Virus record (IMG/VR): IMGVR_UViG_3300045988_095709
Coordinates: 33,509 to 97,508 of that record
From: a virus
Length of the DNA stretch: 64,000 bases
Reading direction: 5' to 3' (one strand)
The notes beneath the pieces were generated by a model that was not told where the DNA came from, searched no databases, and worked only from the letters and a program-made list of their open reading frames with translations. The translations under genes and the position numbers were made by a program. This document shows positions 22,961-32,208 of the stretch, piece after piece. The first letter of the stretch is position 1. Each line of letters begins with the position of its first letter.

Positions 22961-25582
22961 ATGAAAAAATATAATACAAATTTATTTGGTTAGAAATTAA
23001 ATGTTTCTTAGGCTATTGACTCTAACGCAGAAGGAAAAGGTACTATTACTAGAAACATAGGAGAAAATGCTAATGGAACATTTAATGTTTCTAATACCGG
23101 ATCAGAAGATTCTAAAAAGACAATACATTCTATAGGAATTGGAACCAAAGATTCAGATAGAAGTAACGCATTAGAAATAATGCAGAATGGAGATGTATAT
23201 CTATACGGAGTCGGTGGATACGAAGGGGATAATGCTTCAGATTCTAAATCAGTACAATCTGTAATACAGGATTCACAATCTGGTGGAGATTATACTTTAC
23301 CGATAGCTTCTGCTGACACTCTTGGTGGAATTAAGGTTGGAGAAGGTCTTAATATAGACGGAGAAGGCGTTCTTAGTTCTACTAGTAGTGGAAGTGGTAG
23401 CGGTGTAGGTAAGGTTGATCCTAAATCAGATGGTACTGGAGAAATCTTTAACGATTATACAAACAACTCCGCTTCTGGAAAGTATTCTCATTCTGAGGGA
23501 TATGGAAATGTTGCAGAAGGAAATTATTCTCATGTTGAAGGAGTTGGTGCTGTCAAACTTACAATAAATCCGGAAAGCATAATGACAATGTGTGTTGTGA
23601 TGCAAACTCCGTAGATCAGCGAAGATAAGAAAACTGCTACAGGACAAATGATGAGATTCGACGGAAAACCTATAAACATAGAATCCGGAACTAAAATATA
23701 TACTGTAGAAATAGCTGAAGGCTTTTCTTTTTTGCAAACATTGACTGTAGTAGAATGCAATAATACTGATACTCTTGTAGTAGATACTCCTTTTGACGAT
23801 TCCGTTATAAATTCGAATTCAGGAGAAGGAATAGCTTTTATTACACAAGAAGTATATGATTTGTTGAATCCGGAAGATATAATTTTACCATTAAGATCGA
23901 AAGGAGAATGTTCTCATTCTGAAGGATATGGAAACGTAGCTTTCGGAAACTATTCACATGCAGAAGGACATGGTTATTCTTGTTCAGACATTGTACAAAT
24001 AACACAAATAAGTGAAGACGGTAAGAAGATTTATGGTGACTTTTCTAAATTAGGAGATTCGTCCATAACAGATAGTTCTTTAGTTAGAGATGTATCTTCT
24101 CCTGCGATAATAAAAGCAAATAATGGAAACCATATAAGAACTGTAAAGATACCAGGAGACGTTGGTGGTTACTAGGGATATATGGAATTAAACGAATCTA
24201 TAGGAACGATTGAAGAAGTAGGTTAGGAAATAGTCGTAATTATAGGTTTAAATTATTCTAAGGGATTAGGTTCTCATACCGAAGGTCGTATTACAGAGGC
24301 TTCTGGAGATTATTCTCATGCAGAAGGAATTTTTTCAACAGCTTCAGGAAAATCTTCTCATGCAGAAGGATCATTTAATGTTTCTTCAGGAGCGGATTCG
24401 CATTCTGAGGGAAAAGAAACAAAAGCTATTGGAATTGCTTCTCATGCAGAAGGATCAAATTGTGTATCAGAAGGATTATATTCTCATGCCGAAGGTGAAA
24501 TGGCAAACGCAAAAGGATCTAAATCTCACGCAGAAGGTACTAATACACAAGCAATAGGTGAATCTTCTCATGCTGAAGGAAACAGTACTATAGCGAACGG
24601 AAACGCTTCTCATGCTGAAGGATATCATACAAATACAAATAACGAATACGAGCATGCTTGTGGAAAATATAATTATTCCGATTCGTCTTCAGATTATGAT
24701 TCCTATAAGACTATATATTCTGTAGGAATAGGAACATCTGATAACGATAGAAAGAATGCGTTTGAAATTTCAAAAACAGGAAATGTATACGTAAAAGGTA
24801 TTGGTGGATATATCGGAAAAGAAAAAGAAGGAAAATAGACTCTATAGGATACAATAACAGATATAAAAAATAACGGATATTCTGTTACAAGCTTAAATGT
24901 AACAAACGAAAAAGAATATAATGTTTTATTATTAGAACCTTCTTCTGATAAAATAAACGGTACATCTTCGTTTAAATGTGTAGATCTATGTTTCAATCCA
25001 AATACGATAAATGATTGGAGGCACGGATTATTTCTGAAAGAAAGATCTACTGGTTATTATTCTAAAATAGGAAAAGATTCTGTAGAGATATACGGAAAAA
25101 TAGAAGACCAACCACACGTAATAAGTATTCGTAGAAGTAATACTGACATAGAACATAGTTCTAGCGAGTTAGGAAACACTGACGTTTTAATACAAAATGA
25201 AGGTTTAAAAATAGGTAAATACGTAACAGGAAGCGGATATGAACCGTCTTCAGACAATAGTAATTCTATTTTAAAGAAGAGTAGATTAGATATACAAAAC
25301 CTAACGACAGGTGGTTCTTCTAACACTTCAACTTACATTAGTTCTCAATTGTATGCAGACGATAATGGAAATGTCGATAAATCCGCAAAAATAGAAATAC
25401 AGGGAGAAACATCTAATATAGATCTTCACGGAACTACTGATTCTTATATAAAAATAAATAATAAATATGTTATTACAGGTGCAGAAGATGAAAAACGTAT
25501 AAAAATCTGGACCGGAACTCAAGATCAATACGATCAGATCGAAGTTAAGGACGAAAACACATTATATTTTATAACAGTATAA
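22961..25582 (+). CDS. Tail fibre or spike with YadA-head-like (Hep_Hag-type) repeats (873 codons)
   Basis: It runs from ATG 22961 to TAA 25580-25582. The track ORFs 23180, 23648, 24500 and 25349 all share this frame and are joined by TAG. It has 13 xSH(A/S/T/V)EG motifs, the fibre motif DYTLPIASADTLGGIKVG (23288-23341), and a duplicated module SIGIGTKDSDRSNALEIMQNGDVYLYGVGGYEG / SVGIGTSDNDRKNAFEISKTGNVYVKGIGGYIG. Confidence 0.8.
24269..24646 (+). repeat. Nine exact-period tandem coding repeats of 42 nt (14 aa)
   Basis: The x-S-H-x-E-G units start at 24269, 24311, 24353, 24395, 24437, 24479, 24521, 24563 and 24605. A 14-residue period is characteristic of YadA-like head beta-roll repeats. 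Confidence 0.85.
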
Positions 25583-25585
25583 TCT

Positions 25586-26434
25586 ATGAAAAATTTAAAA
25601 GTTAGTATAATAATGTCTGCATATAATTCTGAAAATACAATAGACACTGCAATACAATCTGTATTAGAACAAACTTATGATAATTATGAATTAATAATTG
25701 TAAACGATTGTTCTATAGATGGTACATTAGATAGAATAAAGAAATATAAATCTGATAAAATAATACTAATAAATCATGAATTTAATATGGGATGCGGATG
25801 TTCTAGAAAAACAGGAATAGAAAATTCAACAGGAGATTATATTTGTTTTTTAGACAGTGATGATTATTATGATGACAGATATGTGGAAACATTAATAAAC
25901 TATGCAATACAATATAATGCTGACAGTATACAATCTGGTAGAATAATAATAAAATATGGAGAACTTATAGAAAAAATTCCTGAATTTTATGATATATCTG
26001 GATCAGACAAATTGATAATAGAACCGTCTGAAAACTATAAGTTTTTAAATTCAGCCATGTTTAAAAAAGAATTATTCGACAAAGTTGAATATTCTGAAAA
26101 CAGATATAACGAAGACGGTCCGACGATTACCAAATTAAATATGATATGTAATCGTAGAATATTTATTCCGTATGCTGGATATTATTATAATAACGATAAT
26201 GCAAACAGTCTTACTAAAAATTCAGATAATATTAAAAATATAATATATCATTCTTTAGGAGTGTTTGATGTTATAGATTTTGCGAATAATAATAATATAA
26301 AATACGATTGGAATCAACTTATAATACATACGTTGAACAATTTAAAAAATATAGAATATACACAAGACGTAATTTAGAAATATAAAAATGAATTATTACG
26401 TTTGTATTTATATATTATAAAATTAAATATATAA
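25586..26434 (+). CDS. Family-2 (GT-A fold) glycosyltransferase
   Basis: The N-terminus VSIIMSAYNSENTIDTAIQSVLEQTYDNYELIIVNDCSIDGT and the DxD motif FLDSDDYY are classic GT2 signatures. There is no internal TAG. The standard-code ORF ends at TAG 26375-26377. If that TAG is decoded, 19 more codons follow to TAA 26432-26434. The gene is very AT-rich (12 G+C in its first 60 nt). Confidence 0.85.
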
Positions 26435-26435
26435 T

Positions 26436-26582
26436 ATGGGAATTATACTTGGACAATTACAAATTAAAGACATACGGTTGGGAACCAAATAGGTAATCAA
26501 AGTGTACAACGGAGAACAATAGATACATAGTAATACGTAGGAACAGTAGATATCAAAAGATCAGGTTGTAGATTTATAGTAA
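26436..26582 (+). CDS. Small hypothetical ORF (48 codons, 5 TAG)
   Basis: It runs from ATG 26436 to TAA 26580-26582 and encodes MGIILGQLQIKDIRLGTK(Q)VIKVYNGEQ(Q).... Coding status is uncertain. Confidence 0.3.
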
Positions 26583-26762
26583 AAGATAATTCTTAAATAT
26601 TCAAAAAATTTAATTTTTTATTGAAAAAAGTGACATTTTTTTGAAACCACTCATGTGGGGTTTATACGTTATATATAAGTAATTACATATATTTTTCGTG
26701 CGCACACGAGATTTTTATTTATAACTAACCTATTTTTAATTTATTTTTATTTATTTATTCTT
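26583..26762 (+). promoter_or_regulatory. Largest intergenic region of the block; probable promoter or regulatory region for 26763-27551
   Basis: This 180-nt AT-rich non-coding stretch contains a hairpin AAACCAC-TCAT-GTGGGGTTT (~26643-26663) and a GC-rich palindrome GTGCGCAC (26698-26705). I could not identify a clean Bacteroidetes-type -33/-7 promoter. Confidence 0.3.
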
Positions 26763-27551
26763 ATGGAAGATAAAATCACAGAAAAAGTTTATTGTTATGA
26801 CCATCCTAGCGCTTATAACAACAATAACGCTTGGGAGGCTATGGCTCTTATGAATGGTGGATCAAATTGGTAGAATAACCCATTCATTTATTTAGTATGG
26901 ATGATGTTTGCTAATCGTATGTGGGGAGGAGAAAGAGATTGTGCAGGAAATGCTCAGTATATGGCTCTTCAGAACCAGATTAGCGATAACCAGAATGCGA
27001 ATTTGGTAATGGACGGTATTAAGGGAACTACCGATGCCGTTCGTCAGTTAGCAGCTAATCTAAATTGCGATTTCAATACTTTGAATTCTGCAATTTGCGA
27101 CGTACGCTCTGGCATACAGCAAGTGGCTGGACAAATCGGTTTCAGCTCCGAAAGAGTAATCAATGCTGTGAATATGGGCGATTGCAATGTTATTCAGGCT
27201 ATCCAGAACTGCTGCTGCCAAACACAGCAGAGTATCTTAAAGATGGGATACGAGAATCAACTTGCAAATTGCAATCAGACGAATGTTCTCTCTAATGCTA
27301 TACAAGGTGTAAACGTAGGATTAGAGCGCGGTTTCTCTGCAGTTGCGTATGAGACCCAGAAACAGACGTGTGACTTGCTTAACGCCGGAAATTCTAATAC
27401 ACAAAGAATAATTGATGTATTGAATAACCATTGGAATAGTGAGTTGCAGCAGAAGTATGATGATGTAAGAACAGAACTTTCTCAGTACAGACAGAGTGCT
27501 TATCTGATCTCTCAATTGAAGCCCACTTCAACTACTACTGCGGCTGCGTAA
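26763..27551 (+). CDS. Cys/Gln/Asn-rich repeat protein of unknown function, probably highly expressed (262 codons)
   Basis: It runs from ATG 26763 (alternative ATG 26901) to TAA 27549-27551 with a single TAG at 26871-26873. Codon usage is the CAG/AAG/CGT-rich style of the MCP. A hydrophobic N-terminal segment (PFIYLVWMMFANRMW) is followed by about four helical Cys-containing repeats (NCDFNTLNSAICD / GDCNVIQAIQNCCC / ANCNQTNVLSNAI / QTCDLLNAGNSN). Confidence 0.7.
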
Positions 27552-27577
27552 TTTAAAATTTTAAAATACGTGCAATG

Positions 27578-27604
27578 AAGGGAGTGGAAACACTCCCTTT
27601 TTTG
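27578..27604 (+). terminator. Canonical intrinsic terminator
   Basis: AAGGGAGTG (27578-27586) pairs with CACTCCCTT (27591-27599) around a GAAA tetraloop, and the T-run continues to 27603. Confidence 0.8.
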
Positions 27605-27626
27605 TTATTATACAATTTGAAAGATT

Positions 27627-28142
27627 ATGACATTTAAAGATTTAAAAACAAATTATCCTGTGTACTTATTTGATAAGAACATAGTGAAGTTGTATGAAGG
27701 TAAAGTAACTAATATAAACGCTCCTCATATTGATATTAAAAATGCTGGAGCAGGTAGAGGAATGGTTGTAGATGTAACAGTACAGTATAATACAGAAAAT
27801 AATGGAAATTAGACGTGTACTTATACTTTTAAAGATTCTACCGAAATAGGATACATAAACAGTCTTGTTATATCTACCGATAAAGATTTAATATTGAAAG
27901 AGGTTGAAGCATTATGTAATCAGTCTAAATAGATATTACAATCTGTAGAAACAAATAAAAATATAGTAAATCGTTGTCAAGATATCTTATCAGAATATAA
28001 TCCCGCAATAAAAGAGAAAAAAGAATACGATGAAAGATTTTCAAATTTAGAAAATCAAGTAAAAGATATGAAAAGTATGATAGAAACATTAGTAAATAAA
28101 TTAAATAATACTTCTGAAAATGAGCAACGAACAGAAAAATAA
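27627..28142 (+). CDS. Hypothetical protein (171 codons)
   Basis: It runs from ATG 27627 to TAA 28140-28142 with 2 TAG. The C-terminus is coiled-coil-like. It overlaps the next gene by 23 nt. Confidence 0.6.
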
Positions 28143-28620
28143 AATAGATAAGATGTCGGCTTACATAAGCGAAGACATCAACGAAAAATAGATACAAAAA
28201 TCTATAATACAAAAATTAATAACCGAAGCAAACAAATACGATAGAGAGTTTGTAGATAGGATGTATGAATACTACGACGGAATGAAGTAGTATAATAATT
28301 ATTTAACAGAAGACGAAGCTTCTTAGATACTGAGTAATTTTGTAAATTACGATGGTACAAAAGGAGCTATGTTTAAAAATTCAATGTGGTTGTTTAACAG
28401 ACTTGCTGAATAGAATTTACATTGTGAATGCGCTCCTAATTATAACAAATGGGCATTATATGTTACTATGAATAAATTCGCTTCAGATCAGGGAAATGTT
28501 ATAAATAAGTGGATAGGAGAAGATAAAGATAAATTTATAATTGCTTGTTATGATTTATCTACTGCTCAACTCTCAGATGCAGACAGACCGCATTGGGTTA
28601 GATCTTATTTTAATTTATAA
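28120..28620 (+). CDS. Hypothetical protein (166 codons)
   Basis: I read frame 1 line by line from ATG 28120 to TAA 28618-28620 and found 4 TAG. Confidence 0.6.
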
Positions 28621-28621
28621 T

Positions 28622-29056
28622 ATGATATTTTAGGCAGATGATACATTAATATAGGCAATATGTAATTTTGAAGGTTTAAGAACCACAGCTTATAAATGTC
28701 CGGCTGGTGTTTATACTATAGGGTATGGACACACAAAAGGAGTAAAAAAAGGACAAAAAATAACTAAACAACAGTCTGTGGAATATTTATACTAGGATTT
28801 ATAGCCTATTGTGGACTACCTAAACAGTATAAATGTGTGTAGAACACAAGGTTAGTTTGATGCCCTTGCCGATTTCATATTTAATTTAGGTACTTCTGCA
28901 TTCAAAAGATCTACGTTATATAAATACATAAAAAATAGATATTCCGACGACGCTATATGTAATCAAATAATGAGGTGGGTATATGCCGGAGGAAAAAAAT
29001 TAAACGGTTTAATAAAACGTAGATAGTGGGAATGCGATATGTGGAAATCAAAATAA
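28622..29056 (+). CDS. Endolysin, GH24 (phage lysozyme / muramidase) family
   Basis: It runs from ATG 28622 to TAA 29054-29056. The translation ...FEGLRTTAYKCPAGVYTIGYGHT...(Q)FDALADFIFNLGTSAF...WVYAGGKKLNGLIKRR.. matches the GH24 signature (E-G ... TIGYGHT ... Q-F/Y-DAL ... G-L-x-x-RR). It has 6 in-frame TAG in 144 codons, including codons 4 and 11. Confidence 0.9.
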
Positions 29057-29060
29057 CACT

Positions 29061-29585
29061 ATGAACATATTAGCATCTATTGGAAATACATTTAATACGA
29101 TAAGCAACGGTACAGAAATAGGAAAATTAGCTGTTGCTGCATCGGCTATATTAGTCGCATATATATCTCCAATAGTTGGATTGTTAATCGCCTGTTTTGC
29201 ATGTTCTATCACAGACATGATTTATGGAATCAAAGTAGCAAAACGGCTAGGAAAGAAAATCACTAGTAAAAAGAACTGGAAAGGAACTCTTACTAAAATA
29301 AAAGACGAATTTACTTTAATACTATTGGCACACCTATTAGAGTATGTAATAGGATATGGTGATAATTTCATACTATCTGGAGGTATAGCTGTGATTATAT
29401 GTTTGACTGAAATACTTTCTATATTGGAAAATCTAAACACACTAAACCCAGAAGGACCGTGGAAACTGATAAGTAAATTCTTAAAGAAAAAGGGTTCTGA
29501 CATAATGGATATAGATGACAATATAATTTAGCAAAATGATGACGATAATAAATTGGTTAATAAACAACAAAAGAATCGCCATTGA
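29061..29585 (+). CDS. Holin (multi-TM; phage_holin_4-like SILENL motif)
   Basis: The 156-aa standard-code ORF 29061-29531 has three or more hydrophobic segments and TEILSILENLNTLNPEGP. It lies directly after the endolysin. Its first stop is TAG 29529-29531. If that is decoded, 18 charged codons (QQNDDDNKLVNKQQKNRH) are added up to TGA 29583-29585. Confidence 0.6.
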
Positions 29586-30183
29586 TGCCATTCTTTGCGC
29601 CTGTGCTGCGTTATTTCTCGGTTATGGTATAATTATGCATAATCAAAATAAAAAGCTCTCAGAAAGCCTAGAAATGGCTAATAATAACATAGAGGCCTAT
29701 TAGGGTGTTATTTCAGCATCCTAGTAGGCCAATAATGTTTTAAAGCTATAGATGGCTGATTTGAAACAATATAATGATGAAGCTATAAATAAATTAGATA
29801 GCGTAAGAGAAGAATATAAAATAAATGCTAAAGATTTAAACACCGCTGCAACTTAGACTCAAACTATAGACGTTAATAAGAGTAAGGGGGTAGGGGGTTA
29901 GATTGTTGTAGTAAATGATACTATATATAAAGATAGTATATAGTACAACGATCTTACTAAAGTATTTTATACTATAGGAAAAGATAGTGTAAATATAAGA
30001 TTAGATTTTAAAAATACTTAGTATTTATATATTTATAAAAAGAAAGAATATAAAAATAAGAAAAATTTTTTCCAACGCTTATTTACTTTAGATTTCAAAA
30101 AAGTAACTAGATATAAATATAGAATAATAAACACAAACAATTTGATTAAAGAAGATAGCGTTAGAGTAATAGAACAGAGTTGA
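29536..30183 (+). CDS. Spanin-like protein (N-terminal TM plus coiled coil), the third gene of the lysis cassette
   Basis: I read frame 1 line by line from ATG 29536 to TGA 30181-30183 and found 8 TAG. The TM segment AIDAILCACAALFLGYGIIM is followed by a helical region. The function is inferred from position and topology only. Confidence 0.4.
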
Positions 30184-30184
30184 T

Positions 30185-30859
30185 ATGAATATGTTTTCAC
30201 TTAAATCAATGATAGACGATATACTATTATTGGTACGCAATAATAATATTAGCGAAAGTGAAGACCTGTCGAGAGCATAGATTGCAACATGGGTACTTGC
30301 GTATAAATCGTACTTGATAAACAAAAAGAACGAAAAAAACGAAGACGACGGAGAAGATAAATCCGACGATAGTTTTTAGACTACAATAGGACCTGTAGAA
30401 CTAATCGAAGAAGAATCTCTCGATAATACGTGTCTTCACAGAAAAAGAACTAAAGAAAAAATACCAGAGTTATTAGGAGACAGTGACGCAAACATAATAA
30501 GTGTGTGTGATCAAGAAGGATGTGTCATACAAAAGATGAATGATAAACGTAGACATTATCATTATTTCAGAAAATACACATTCGGAGAAATGACATACTG
30601 GTATGAAAACGGGTACGTTTATGTACAAGGACTTACTGATTTAAACAGACTCAAATATATTTGGATTACAGGTAACTTTGTAGATACTACAGACGAAGAT
30701 GAAGATTCTATACAAATACCTGGATGGATGGTTCCAGATATTAAAAAATTAATATTTAACAATGAATTAGCGTTTATGTTAAGCCTACCTAGCGACGACG
30801 ATAATAATTCTACATTATCGGGAATAAAACCAAAGGGAGATTAGCAGAATGAAAAATAA
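30185..30859 (+). CDS. Hypothetical tail-module protein (224 codons)
   Basis: It runs from ATG 30185 to TAA 30857-30859 with 3 TAG, and overlaps the next gene by 11 nt. Confidence 0.6.
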
Positions 30860-31301
30860 TTCGTTTACTTATAGAGATTCTTATAAAGAATATACAAAAA
30901 CCAACGGTAAAAATATAGATTATTCTACTTATAAAAACATTTTATACGAATTTAGTAATGTTATACTTAATAATTTGTTATATAAATCAGAATGTATAAC
31001 GATGCCTTACGGATTTGGATATTTGTGTATAGTGAAATATAAACCTAAAACTTTAGATAAAAACAGATTGTCTATAGATTATAAATCTTCCAAAGAGTTT
31101 GGAAAGATAATATATCATCTTAATGAACATTCCGATGGATATAAATATAGATTATTCTGGTCTAAAATACCAAAAACATTTCCGGAAAGATATAAATATC
31201 AATTACAACTTGTAAGGAAAAATAAAAGACTGTTGGCAAAACTTATATTTAACAATCAAGATTATATAAACATAGATGATATACAAATATACAAAATGTG
31301 A
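30849..31301 (+). CDS. Hypothetical basic protein (150 aa, TAG-free)
   Basis: This uninterrupted ORF ends in TGA and is Lys/Tyr-rich. crAss-like tail modules often contain a small DNA-binding (IHF-like) protein, but I could not verify any motif. Confidence 0.55.
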   Translation: MKNNSFTYRDSYKEYTKTNGKNIDYSTYKNILYEFSNVILNNLLYKSECITMPYGFGYLCIVKYKPKTLDKNRLSIDYKSSKEFGKIIYHLNEHSDGYKYRLFWSKIPKTFPERYKYQLQLVRKNKRLLAKLIFNNQDYINIDDIQIYKM

Positions 31302-32208
31302 ATCTGTCATCGCTAAGATAATGGCTGATTCAGATATGCAAGAAAAAGATATAAGAATATCTGATATCAGGGAATGGATATTTGAAGCTGTTGAGAAAAT
31401 AGGCGCTCCTATGCAATATATATAGAAAGAATCCGGTTCAGACGGATTTCCGATATTAAAAGTATAGGATCATCAAGTTCCTATCCCAGAAGATCTACAG
31501 CATTTAAATGCTGTTGCATATTCTACAAATGAAGACGGACCGTGGGTTCCTGCTAGAACCGAAACAGGACAATTTAAAAGTAATCCTGTAAAATGCAGCG
31601 GACCAAAATTACCAATAGGTCCAATGTATGATTTAGATAATTTAGCAATAGATAGACCTGAAAATTGTATAGAATAGGAAGATCCGAAATAGCCAATGAG
31701 ATATAAACTTCCTACTACTCAAAGTTAGTTCTACGAGGTCAATCTTACTAAATACGCAGATAAAAATTTAGATGTTTTGAGAAAAGATGTTACGTTTTTT
31801 ACAAAACCCGGATGGATAGTATTGAATAGAAAAGACGGATATGTAAAATTATCTTATAAAGCAATAGCAGTAGATGAACGAGGATATCCATTAATACCCG
31901 ATTTAGCATCTTATCAGGAAGCAATATATTGGTACGTTATGATGAAATTATCATTTCCTAAATACTTATAGGGAAAATTAGGAGGAAGTATATCTGCTTC
32001 ACAGAAAGTATATTTTTATCTGCACCAACAATGGAATTTCTATAGGAATCAAGCATACGCAGAAGCTATGATGCCTACAGAAAGTGATATGAGAAGTATT
32101 AAAAACGAATGGAATAAATTAATTCCAGAATGGGATTCTGATGACACGTTCTTTAAAGGTGTTGGAAGAAGACAATTAAATTATAACGATTACTATTATG
32201 GGTACTGA
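31276..32208 (+). CDS. Hypothetical tail structural protein (310 codons; alternative start 31321)
   Basis: I read frame 1 line by line to TGA 32206-32208 and found 6 TAG downstream of 31321. It overlaps the next gene start by 11 nt. Confidence 0.6.

Noticed and set aside
24318-24557. Off-frame plus-strand ORFs in the track (12090-12305, 16776-16973, 24318-24557, 27065-27295, 38555-38755, 42969-43157, 48098-48301, 55481-55678)
   Set aside because: Each lies in a different frame inside a longer gene whose frame carries recognisable motifs. The off-frame translations are compositionally odd, for example Leu/Gln-rich read-outs of the SHAEG repeats.
23480-24660. Regularly spaced short nucleotide repeats (TCTCATGCAGAAGGA-like every 42 nt) that superficially resemble a CRISPR array
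   Set aside because: The repeats are in frame and encode xSHAEG within a continuous fibre ORF. The spacers are also coding and of fixed 14-codon phase, and the repeats are degenerate at the DNA level. This is a protein repeat, not a CRISPR array.
18690-25582. Diversity-generating retroelement targeting the fibre genes
   Set aside because: I could recognise no reverse-transcriptase gene (no YxDD-type motif) anywhere in the window. I also saw no template/variable repeat pair with adenine-specific differences near the fibre C-termini.
26583-26762. Search for a tRNA(CUA) suppressor or other tRNA genes in the non-coding gaps (1-118, 26583-26762, 27552-27626, 62074-62141)
   Set aside because: I could fold no cloverleaf and saw no GTTCRANNC-type T-loop or conserved D-loop elements. 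The gaps are AT-rich with only simple hairpins. The suppressor, if any, must lie outside this window.
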